DNA of 37,301 nucleotides from Candidatus Falkowbacteria bacterium RIFOXYC2_FULL_48_21 (GTDB lineage Bacteria; Patescibacteriota; Patescibacteriia; UBA11705; JABHMO01): NCBI GenBank assembly GCA_001778275.1, contig MFGM01000074.1, positions 14,814 to 52,114 of the forward strand, read 5' to 3'. Shown piece by piece: positions 26,884 to 35,267 of this stretch (position 1 is its first letter; each line of letters starts with the position of its first letter). The notes under the pieces were generated by a model. It saw only the letters and a program-made list of their open reading frames with translations, ran no database searches and was not told where the DNA came from. The position numbers and the translations under genes were made by a program.

Positions 26884-28362
26884 ATGAGGATACTATTAAT
26901 CGACCCGCCATTTAAACGATTTACCGGTTTTGCAAACTTTTATTTTCCAATTGGCCTTAGTTATGTCGGCGCGATATTGGAAAAAGCTGGACACCATGTA
27001 GCGATTTTGGATGTTGACGCCATCAAGCAGACTACCGGACTGGATTTTAGCGATGAATACAATAAATTGGAATTGTATAAACAAGGGATCAATAATGACA
27101 CCCATCCGGTTTGGCAAGAGATTGAAAAGATTTTAAGCGAATGGTGTCCTGATCTTGTGGGCATTACGGCGATGACGCCAAAGATCGGATCAGTGATAAA
27201 GACCGCCCAACTGGTTAAAAAAGTCAACCCGAACTGCCCCGTGGTGGTTGGCGGACCACATGCAACCTTGCAACCCGAATTGACGATGAAATGTTCGGCC
27301 ATTGACGTCGTTGTGAAAGGTGAAGCAGAAAATGTTATTGCCAAATTGGTTGCCGCCTTACAATCCAAAAACGATTTGTCAACCATTCAAGGCATATCAT
27401 ACCGATTGAGCAATCGGGTAATTCATAATCAGCCGGCGGAATTATTGGCCGATCTGGATCAAGTCCCTTTTCCCGGGAGACATTTATTAATGAACCCGGA
27501 AAATTATTCGTCGGAAAATATGGGCGTGATTATGACTTCGCGCGGTTGTCCGTACAACTGTAGCTATTGTTGTCACTTGTGGGGCAGAAAGGTTCACAAC
27601 AGATCGATTAATAATATAATCAACGAAATAAAACTGGTGATAGAAAAATTCGGGACGACGCAGTTTGAATTTAAGGACGACTCTTTTACAGCCGACAGAC
27701 AAAGAATCATGAATTTGTGCGACACGTTGATGAATGAAAATATTAAAATCAATTGGGGCTGTTCGACCCGAGTTAATTTGCTTGACGAACAACTGGCGCG
27801 AAAAATGAAGCTGGCCGGTTGCAATGTTATCAAGCTTGGTATTGAAACGGGCAGTCAGCGAATTTTGGACAAAACCGACAAAGGCATCACCTTTGCTCAG
27901 GTTCGGCAAACGGCCAAATTGCTTAATCGTCTGGGTATCTTTTGGAGCGGTTATTTCATGTTCGGCTTACCGACGGAAACCGAGGAGGATATGCAAAAGA
28001 CTTATCGCTTCATGAAGGAAATCAATCCATATTATGCCGGACTCGGTGTTTATAATCCCTTCCCAAAAACCAAACTGTTCGATGAGGCCGTGGCGCTCGG
28101 CTTGCTCTATCCCGAAGTTGAGTTGGATCACTTTTTTAAAACAAATCCGAAGGATTATTTTTTCAAGGATCCCGACAAGCGAGTGTTAAACATGTCAAAA
28201 GAAAAATTTGAAGAAATTAGTAAAATGATGTCGCGCCAATTTCATCGACATAACACCAAACTGATTAATCTCCTAAGACGAGGCTGGGCCAGAAGATTGG
28301 TTTATAAAAGAAGCCCCGCGGTTTTCTATGCCGACATCAAGAAGGTTTTGCAGTGGGTATAA
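26884..28362 (+). CDS. Cobalamin-binding-domain (class B) radical SAM protein, free-standing paralog of the C-terminal half of the preceding gene
   Basis: 492 aa. Motifs: MRILLIDPP...FPIGLSYVGAILEKAGHHVAILDVD, LVGITAMTP, VVVGGPHATLQPE; CPYNCSYC at nt 27547-27570; FKDDSF; IKLGIETGS. Confidence 0.88.
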   Translation: MRILLIDPPFKRFTGFANFYFPIGLSYVGAILEKAGHHVAILDVDAIKQTTGLDFSDEYNKLELYKQGINNDTHPVWQEIEKILSEWCPDLVGITAMTPKIGSVIKTAQLVKKVNPNCPVVVGGPHATLQPELTMKCSAIDVVVKGEAENVIAKLVAALQSKNDLSTIQGISYRLSNRVIHNQPAELLADLDQVPFPGRHLLMNPENYSSENMGVIMTSRGCPYNCSYCCHLWGRKVHNRSINNIINEIKLVIEKFGTTQFEFKDDSFTADRQRIMNLCDTLMNENIKINWGCSTRVNLLDEQLARKMKLAGCNVIKLGIETGSQRILDKTDKGITFAQVRQTAKLLNRLGIFWSGYFMFGLPTETEEDMQKTYRFMKEINPYYAGLGVYNPFPKTKLFDEAVALGLLYPEVELDHFFKTNPKDYFFKDPDKRVLNMSKEKFEEISKMMSRQFHRHNTKLINLLRRGWARRLVYKRSPAVFYADIKKVLQWV

Positions 28363-28371
28363 CAACTGACT

Positions 28372-29079
28372 ATGTTAAGCGAAAAAAAGGTACAATTTTT
28401 TTTCGACGCTTCCGCCACGCGCTGGAGTGATAATTATGGTCACACTAGAAAAATGAATTATCGGGTCGACCAATTTCTCAACGCGTTAAAAAGTCGATTG
28501 CGCGCGAATGATGCAGTGCTTGATTTTGGTTGCGGCACAGGGGAAGTCACCGGCTCAATCGCGGCGGCCGGGTTTGCAATTACCGGATGTGATTTGTCAT
28601 CCGAAATGATAAAAAAGGCCAATACGAAATATCAATCCGCCGGCTTAAATTTCTTGGCGCTGCAAGAAGATTTTTTGCCGCGATTGCCTTTTTTGTCAAA
28701 AAAATTCAGGGCGATTATTTCTTCCAGCGTTTTTGAATATCTGCCAGCACTTGACGAATATTTCCTTGAGATGAAACGTTTGCTCTTGGATGATGGTTAC
28801 TTAATTTTTACCGTACCAAACAGCAAACATCCGATTCGAAAAATTGAAAAAATATTATTCTACTTGAACAGGTATTGTTTTTTCTCTTGGTTGTTCGAGC
28901 AGGCGTTTCAAATTACCAAACGCCGGATTGACTTTAACTATCTTGAGATTTCCATCAATCGTTTTTCAACAAACGAATGGCTTAGGCGACTAGCCGCCAA
29001 CGGTTTCGACATGGAAGAAATCAGCGCAACAAAAACGCCATTGTTATTAATTGTGGCTAAAAATAGAAGCACACTGTAA
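28372..29079 (+). CDS. Class I SAM-dependent methyltransferase
   Basis: 235 aa. Motifs: VLDFGCGTGEVTGSI (motif I), GCDLSSEMI, FRAIISSSVFEYL, GYLIFTVPN. Confidence 0.8.
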   Translation: MLSEKKVQFFFDASATRWSDNYGHTRKMNYRVDQFLNALKSRLRANDAVLDFGCGTGEVTGSIAAAGFAITGCDLSSEMIKKANTKYQSAGLNFLALQEDFLPRLPFLSKKFRAIISSSVFEYLPALDEYFLEMKRLLLDDGYLIFTVPNSKHPIRKIEKILFYLNRYCFFSWLFEQAFQITKRRIDFNYLEISINRFSTNEWLRRLAANGFDMEEISATKTPLLLIVAKNRSTL

Positions 29080-29082
29080 TTT

Positions 29083-31233
29083 ATGAAACAAATAATTCAA
29101 TCATACAAGACCGGCGTCATGGAATTGAGACAGGTGCCGAGTCCGTTGTGCCAGGCTCATGGCATCTTGATTCGCACCGATAGTTCTTTGATTTCTGCGG
29201 GCACGGAAAAGCTGATGATCGATTTAGCGCAAAAAAATATTATCGGCAAAGCGCAGGAGCGACCCGATCTGGTAAAAAAAGTTTTTGAAAAGATTAAGCA
29301 GGAAGGCCTAATCACAACAGTCCAAAATGTACTTGGCAAGCTGGACGCGCCCGTGGCGTTAGGCTACAGTAGCGCCGGAACAATTATTGAAGTCGGAACT
29401 GGATGTGCCAATGAATTTACAATCGGCGACCGCGTCGCCGTCGCCGGTGCCGGATATGCATCGCACGCGGAAATCAATTATATACCGAAAAATTTGGCCA
29501 TCATTATTCCCGACAATGTTTCATTTGATCAAGCGAGCTTCACCACTCTCGGCGCCATTGCCATGCAGGGGATCAGACGTTGTGACCTGAAGCCGGGAGA
29601 AAAAGTCGGCGTGATTGGCCTCGGTTTGATTGGTCAATTGACGGTTCAGATATTGAGTGCTTACGGCTTTCCGGTCTTGGGCATGGATGTAAACGCAAAA
29701 AAAGTTACTCAAAGCCTGCTATACGGTGCGGCGCAAGGCGCAGTGATCGGGACGGATAATGTGATGCAAATTGCGGAAGGCTTTTCCGGCGGCCGAGGTC
29801 TTGATGCGATCATCATCACCGCCAGCACCAAAAGCAATGAGCCGGTCGAATTGGCCGGACGACTTTGTCGTCCATGCGGACGCGTTTGCGCGGTTGGTTT
29901 GGTGGGGATGGAAATACCACGCGATCTTTATTACAAAAAAGAATTAGATTTTCTCATTTCGCGCTCATATGGGCCGGGTCGGTATGATGCGAATTATGAG
30001 GAGAAGGGGATTGATTACCCATTTGAATATGTCCGTTGGACGGAAAAAAGAAATATGGCAGAGTTTTTGCGCCTGGTCGGCGCCGGGCGCGTGAATCTTG
30101 CCCCAATGATTACGCACTCGTTCAGTCTTGATGACTATGCCAGCGCTTATGATCTGATTTTGAATAATCCAGGAAAAAAAGAATTTACCGGCGTTATCTT
30201 GCATTATCCGCCTCTTGCCATGCCGGATACTTGTGTGCGACTAAGTCAAATGCATCTACCAAAACCGTCGATAGCGATTAACGAGAAAATATGTATTGGC
30301 ATGATTGGCGCTGGAAATTTTGCCAAACGATTTTTGTTGCCGAATTTAGCAAAGCTCGGAGCGAGAATCAAGGCGATTGCCACGGCGGAAGGCATGAATG
30401 CGGAACAAATAGCCCGAAAATACGCTTGTGAAAATTGCGCGACAGATTATCAACAGGTATTGAATGATCGAGAGATCAATGTGGTTTTTGTCGCGACCAG
30501 GCACAACCTACATGCCACGATCGCCAAGCAAGCATTAGACAAAGGCAAAATTGTTTTCTTGGAAAAACCGCTTTGCTTGACCAAGTTAGAACTTTGCACT
30601 CTGGCCAATCATCCGAACATCAGTCATCTCATGCTCGGTTATAACCGGCGTTTCGCGCCAAGCGTGATTAAATTGAAAAACAGTTTGACAAAACGCACGA
30701 ATCCGTTGCTTATCAACTACCGCATCAATGCCGGCTATATTCCGAAAGATCACTGGGTTCATGATCCGGACGTAGGTGGCGGCAGAATTGTGGGGGAAGT
30801 GTGTCACTTTGTCGATTTGTTACAATTTATCACCGGCGCTAAACCGGTTAAATTGTACGCCACGCGTTTGCCGGTGAGCGAAATTATTCTTGACGATGAT
30901 AATTTTAATGTTACGATTGATTTTAGCGATGGCTCACGCGGCAATATTTTGTATACGGCGATGGGAGACAATCGGTTGGGCAAGGAATATCTAGAAATTT
31001 TCGCTGACAAACAATCATTTGTCATCAATGATTTTAAGTCAACGGGTTTCTTCGCTAAACAAGATAAGGGGCATTTCAAGGAATTGGCCGTGTTTATCGA
31101 TTCCATCAATCAACATGCGCCACTGCCCATACCCAGTGCTGAAATCTTGCTGGCGGCCAAGGCCACGTTTTGCATTATCGACTCTTTGCAATCCGGCCAA
31201 CCGATTGCAATAACGCCAGATTATGAAAATTAA
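29083..31233 (+). CDS. Bi-domain oxidoreductase: N-terminal zinc-less MDR (alcohol-dehydrogenase-like) domain plus C-terminal Gfo/Idh/MocA domain
   Basis: 716 aa. The MDR half has a GroES-like N-terminus but GYS in place of the usual GHE zinc/catalytic motif (ALGYSSAGTIIEVG) and no CxxH. Its Rossmann motif is VGVIGLGLIGQLTVQIL. The second half has ICIGMIGAGNFAKRF and the Gfo/Idh/MocA EKP motif (VFLEKPLCL). Confidence 0.85.
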   Translation: MKQIIQSYKTGVMELRQVPSPLCQAHGILIRTDSSLISAGTEKLMIDLAQKNIIGKAQERPDLVKKVFEKIKQEGLITTVQNVLGKLDAPVALGYSSAGTIIEVGTGCANEFTIGDRVAVAGAGYASHAEINYIPKNLAIIIPDNVSFDQASFTTLGAIAMQGIRRCDLKPGEKVGVIGLGLIGQLTVQILSAYGFPVLGMDVNAKKVTQSLLYGAAQGAVIGTDNVMQIAEGFSGGRGLDAIIITASTKSNEPVELAGRLCRPCGRVCAVGLVGMEIPRDLYYKKELDFLISRSYGPGRYDANYEEKGIDYPFEYVRWTEKRNMAEFLRLVGAGRVNLAPMITHSFSLDDYASAYDLILNNPGKKEFTGVILHYPPLAMPDTCVRLSQMHLPKPSIAINEKICIGMIGAGNFAKRFLLPNLAKLGARIKAIATAEGMNAEQIARKYACENCATDYQQVLNDREINVVFVATRHNLHATIAKQALDKGKIVFLEKPLCLTKLELCTLANHPNISHLMLGYNRRFAPSVIKLKNSLTKRTNPLLINYRINAGYIPKDHWVHDPDVGGGRIVGEVCHFVDLLQFITGAKPVKLYATRLPVSEIILDDDNFNVTIDFSDGSRGNILYTAMGDNRLGKEYLEIFADKQSFVINDFKSTGFFAKQDKGHFKELAVFIDSINQHAPLPIPSAEILLAAKATFCIIDSLQSGQPIAITPDYEN

Positions 31234-32200
31234 TTATTTGAAACGAATTTTTTCCGCTTATGTTTTGGGAAAGAACAGCCAACTAACCTTTTGGCACGGC
31301 CGGCCTTTTGTTAATGAAAACGCTTTTCCCACGGACGACCAAAGGTTGGGCCAGTATTATCAATCGTTTGAAAAAAAAGCATTATACCCCGGCCCATTTG
31401 ACGAACATGGCATACCGCTATTAAATTATCATGGCGTGATCGGCAAACAATACAATCCGATTGCCATTATTCAGTTTGGCTTGGGTAATCATGATTTGTA
31501 TAAACAAACCGGGCGAGAAGAATACAAACACAAATTCCTTAACGCCAGTGAATGGTTGCTGAAAAATTTAGGAAAAAATTCATTTGGACTTTGGGTTTGG
31601 AATCATAAGTTTGATTGGGAGTATTTTCAACAATTAAAAAATCCATGGTACTCCGCTTTGGCGCAAGGTCAGGGTTTATCAATTTTAGCCAGGGCATACG
31701 TAGAAACACAAGATAAAATTTTTCTTGACGCCAGTGATAAGGTATTCCAAACATTAATTACGCCAATCAGTGCAGGTGGCGTGCAATTTGTTGATCAAGC
31801 CGGTGGCGTTTGGCTGGAAGAATATCTGGTCGAGCCGGAGTCGCATGTTTTGAACGGATTTATTTGGGCCGTTTGGGGCGTGCGTGATTATTATATTCTG
31901 ACCGGAAGCGAAGCGGCGCTTAATTTGTATAATCAATGTCTAAAAACGATTAAGGATAATCTGCCCCAATTTGATATCGGCTTTTGGTCAAAGTATGATG
32001 CGTCGAAAAACTTTTTACGGACTATTGCGAGCAAATTTTATCATAACCTGCATATCGTCCAACTGGAAATTTTGTTTCGCCTAACCGGAGACGACACATT
32101 TAAGCGCTGGCAGGAAAAGTGGCAAAAATACAATCGCAACAAATTTTACAATGCCTTGGCGTTCATTTATAAAGTCGTTTTCAAAGTTTTTTATTATTAA
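31223..32200 (+). CDS. D-glucuronyl C5-epimerase C-terminal-domain family protein (cytoplasmic; no TM helix or signal peptide)
   Basis: 325 aa. Motifs: GIPLLNYHGVIGKQYNPIAIIQFGLGNHDLY, WYSALAQGQGLSILARAY, GGVWLEEY, HVLNGFIWAVWGVRDYY, FWSKYD, YHNLHIVQLEILFRLTGD. This is the alpha/alpha-toroid pattern I associate with PF06662. It overlaps the upstream gene by 11 nt. Confidence 0.72.
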   Translation: MKINYLKRIFSAYVLGKNSQLTFWHGRPFVNENAFPTDDQRLGQYYQSFEKKALYPGPFDEHGIPLLNYHGVIGKQYNPIAIIQFGLGNHDLYKQTGREEYKHKFLNASEWLLKNLGKNSFGLWVWNHKFDWEYFQQLKNPWYSALAQGQGLSILARAYVETQDKIFLDASDKVFQTLITPISAGGVQFVDQAGGVWLEEYLVEPESHVLNGFIWAVWGVRDYYILTGSEAALNLYNQCLKTIKDNLPQFDIGFWSKYDASKNFLRTIASKFYHNLHIVQLEILFRLTGDDTFKRWQEKWQKYNRNKFYNALAFIYKVVFKVFYY

Positions 32201-32204
32201 GACC

Positions 32205-33392
32205 ATGAAAAATAAAATTCTTATCGTCACGCAGTACTTTCCGCCCGACGTAACGGCGGCCGCTTTCCGTATCAGCGAAACCGCGGCTCTATTGCGTGCC
32301 GGCGGGTATGATGTCACGATCTTGACCGCTCATCCACACCGATCACCAGTTCAGACAATGGAACGCGATGAATACGCGCAAGTGGTGCGAGTCAAGATTT
32401 CCGGTTTGTCGGGCAAAGAGACCAAGGGATACCTGAAACATTATTTATCTTTCATGGTCAATGCAATAGTTGCGGGAGTGAAGCTTAAATTCCGGCCGGA
32501 TTTTGTCATCGCCAGCAGTCCGCCCCTATTTGTCTCGTTGGCCGGCTGGCTGATTGCCAAATTCAAACGAGCAAAATTCATTCTCGACATCAGAGACATT
32601 TGGCCGGATTCGGCCGTCGGCACCGGACACATCGAAGAAAAATCCGTTTTTTACAAAACAGGCAAGGTCCTGGAAAAATTTATTTATCGACGAGCCGATA
32701 TCATTTCATGTGTGTCAAAGGGAATGAGAGATCATATCGTTCAAATCAGTAAGAAAAATATACCCTGTTTAGTGCTTTACAATGGATTGTCAAAAAAATT
32801 TATTGACGAGTGTCAGTTCGATTCGCAAAAGGAGTGGCAACGCAGCGATGAATTTGTCATATCATATGTCGGCAACATGGGGTATGCACAGAATTTAAAC
32901 CAAATAATTGATGCCGCCGCAGAATTATCAACTATGCCCGTCAAATTTGCACTGATCGGGGAGGGGTCGGTCAAGGATGCTTTAATGGCCAGCGCCAAGC
33001 AAAAACAATTGCAAAATGTTTCATTTCAAAATGGTTGTTCAAAAGAAGCCGCCTTCGCCAGTCAGCTCCAATCTCATGCCTTGGTCATTATTCTAAAAGA
33101 TTCGCCGGCGTTCAAGCGCACCATCCCGTCAAAAGTTTTTGATTATCTTTGGGCGAACAAACCGATTCTTTTCGGCATCGAGGGGGAGGGGCGAGAACTG
33201 CTGGCCTCATTGCCGGGCAACTTTTATTTTGATGTTCGTAATCCCCAGACGTTGATTGACGCCGTGCGAAATTTATATGAGAATTATGATTTTTACAAGG
33301 CAAACGCTATGAACAACCGAGAATTTGTACTATCCAATTTCACGCGAGAAAAAATGACCGAATTACTGATCGCCCAATTGAAATCATTATGA
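32205..33392 (+). CDS. GT4 glycosyltransferase, WbuB/WcaI-like
   Basis: The ORF-track ATG 32151 overlaps the upstream gene by 50 nt. ATG 32205 (MKNKILIVTQYFPPDVTAAAFRISE...), 4 nt after the upstream stop, is preferred. Other motifs: FILDIRDIWPDS, ISYVGNMGYAQNL, PSKVFDYLWANKPILFG. Confidence 0.85.
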   Translation: MKNKILIVTQYFPPDVTAAAFRISETAALLRAGGYDVTILTAHPHRSPVQTMERDEYAQVVRVKISGLSGKETKGYLKHYLSFMVNAIVAGVKLKFRPDFVIASSPPLFVSLAGWLIAKFKRAKFILDIRDIWPDSAVGTGHIEEKSVFYKTGKVLEKFIYRRADIISCVSKGMRDHIVQISKKNIPCLVLYNGLSKKFIDECQFDSQKEWQRSDEFVISYVGNMGYAQNLNQIIDAAAELSTMPVKFALIGEGSVKDALMASAKQKQLQNVSFQNGCSKEAAFASQLQSHALVIILKDSPAFKRTIPSKVFDYLWANKPILFGIEGEGRELLASLPGNFYFDVRNPQTLIDAVRNLYENYDFYKANAMNNREFVLSNFTREKMTELLIAQLKSL

Positions 33393-34474
33393 AAATAATC
33401 AAGGTTGTTGGCGCCAGACCCAACTTTCCCAAGATGGCGCCGTTGATCGAAGAAGCGAAAAAACATCCTTTGGTTGAGTCGTTGCTCGTGCACACCGGCC
33501 AACATTACGACGAAGCAATGTCGCAAAGTTTTTTTGATGATTTTCGGCTACCCAAACCCGACATTCACCTCGGCGTCGGCTCAGACACACACGCGGTGCA
33601 GACGGCCAACGTCATGATAGCGTTTGAAAAAATTTGTCTCGAACATCGCCCCGATTTGGTGATTGTCGTCGGTGATGTCAATTCAACGGTGGCTTGCGCT
33701 TTGGTGGCGGCCAAAATGCAAATCAAGGTGGCACATGTTGAGGCAGGGCTACGTAGTTACGATCGAACCATGCCGGAAGAAATTAATCGTTTAATTACTG
33801 ATCAGTTATCGGATTATCTTTTTACGCATTCGATGGAAGCGAACGACAATTTGCGCAGAGAGGGGCTCGACGCGAACAAAATTCATTTTGTCGGCAACAT
33901 CATGATTGACACTCTGTTGAAACATCTCGCGACGGCCCGACAATCAAATATCTTGCAACGCCTTCAACTGGAAGAAAAAAAATTCTCGCTGTTGACATTG
34001 CACCGTCCCTCGAACGTTGATAATCTCGACGCATTGCGCGGCATTCTACTGGCCGTACGCGACCTCGCCGAAAGAATTAAAATTGTTTTTCCCATGCATC
34101 CGCGCACCAGCCAGAAAATTGATAAATTCGGCCTTGGTGACTTCATCAAACATCGCAATATTGTTAATACTGAGCCGCTTGGTTATTTTGAATTTCTTTG
34201 TCTCATGGCAAATGCCAAGTTGGTGTTGACTGATTCCGGCGGCATTCAGGAAGAAACAACCATTCTTGGGATTCCTTGCTTAACTTTGAGAAATAACACG
34301 GAAAGACCAATTACCGTTGAAATGGGTACCAATCAAGTGATCGGCAACCAACCGGAAAAAATCATCCAATCGGCGAATCAAATATTCGATTTGTCGAAAT
34401 ACGAGCCGAAACGACCGGCGCTGTGGGACGGCAGAACAGCGGAACGCATTTATAAAATCCTACTAAAAAAATAG
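33389..34474 (+). CDS. wecB: UDP-N-acetylglucosamine 2-epimerase (non-hydrolysing)
   Basis: 361 aa. Motifs: KVVGARPNFPKMAPL, HTGQHYD, VVGDVNST, HVEAGLRS, MPEEINR, DSGGIQEE. The start forms an ATGA overlap with the upstream stop. Confidence 0.93.
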   Translation: MKIIKVVGARPNFPKMAPLIEEAKKHPLVESLLVHTGQHYDEAMSQSFFDDFRLPKPDIHLGVGSDTHAVQTANVMIAFEKICLEHRPDLVIVVGDVNSTVACALVAAKMQIKVAHVEAGLRSYDRTMPEEINRLITDQLSDYLFTHSMEANDNLRREGLDANKIHFVGNIMIDTLLKHLATARQSNILQRLQLEEKKFSLLTLHRPSNVDNLDALRGILLAVRDLAERIKIVFPMHPRTSQKIDKFGLGDFIKHRNIVNTEPLGYFEFLCLMANAKLVLTDSGGIQEETTILGIPCLTLRNNTERPITVEMGTNQVIGNQPEKIIQSANQIFDLSKYEPKRPALWDGRTAERIYKILLKK

Positions 34475-35209
34475 ATGCTACTTTTTAAACTCTTCCAACA
34501 ACTTTTATTACCAAGCATATTCACGCCTCTTTTGTTTATTGTCGGGATTGTTTTTTTATTCAAAGACAGGCAGCGAACCGGCAAAATAATTCTGTTATTT
34601 TCAGTTTCGCTATATTGCCTCTTGTCAATCAGTCCGATAGCCGATTTGATTATTTACCCGCTCGAAAGCGCATTCCCAGCGCCAACGGGCGAACAATTCG
34701 GCAGTACGAACAGGATTGTGATTTTAGCAGGCGGAGGGGAGACCAACATTTTCCGCGCCAGCGAAGCTTTAAAAATATATTTCAGTCGTCCGGCCGAAAT
34801 CAGGCCGAGTTTACAAGTGATAATTTCAGGGACCAACCCGCTTCAACCTGAAACAAATAATGAGGCTCGGATAATTGAAACATTTTTGATCGAACGCGGC
34901 ATGGATCCGGTCAATTTGACGGTCGAAGACAAATCGAGAAATACATTGGAAAACGCCGTAAATGCGCAGAAGCTCATTGGACAGGAAACATTCTTTTTGA
35001 TAACATCGGCATATCACCTGCCAAGGGCCATGTGGGTATTTCGAGCCGCCGGCGAAAATCCGATCGCCATCCCGACGGACCCCAAGATAAAATTTGGAAG
35101 ATATAATCTGTTTGACTGGTTGCCTTCCGCTAAAAATATCGAAAAAGTGGATCTCGCCGCACACGAATACTTTGGCATCATTTACTACCGGCTAAAATTG
35201 GCAAACTGA
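34475..35209 (+). CDS. DUF218 (YdcF/ElyC/SanA-like) envelope protein with N-terminal TM helices
   Basis: 244 aa. Two N-terminal hydrophobic helices are followed by IVILAGGGE, SRNTLENA and the DUF218 hallmark LITSAYHLPRAMWVF. The ATG directly abuts the wecB stop. Confidence 0.8.
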   Translation: MLLFKLFQQLLLPSIFTPLLFIVGIVFLFKDRQRTGKIILLFSVSLYCLLSISPIADLIIYPLESAFPAPTGEQFGSTNRIVILAGGGETNIFRASEALKIYFSRPAEIRPSLQVIISGTNPLQPETNNEARIIETFLIERGMDPVNLTVEDKSRNTLENAVNAQKLIGQETFFLITSAYHLPRAMWVFRAAGENPIAIPTDPKIKFGRYNLFDWLPSAKNIEKVDLAAHEYFGIIYYRLKLAN

Positions 35210-35267
35210 AATATCCTTGTCAATAAAATTAATCCCTTAAATTGTTTATCTTCATAAAATTACCAAT

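Noticed and set aside
24305-28362. Alternative reading of the two radical SAM genes as RiPP (peptide) maturases, as seen for B12-dependent rSAM C-methyltransferases.
   Set aside because: No plausible small precursor-peptide ORF, leader-peptidase, RiPP recognition element or transporter is nearby. One copy is fused to a glycosyltransferase, and the whole neighbourhood is glycan biosynthesis.
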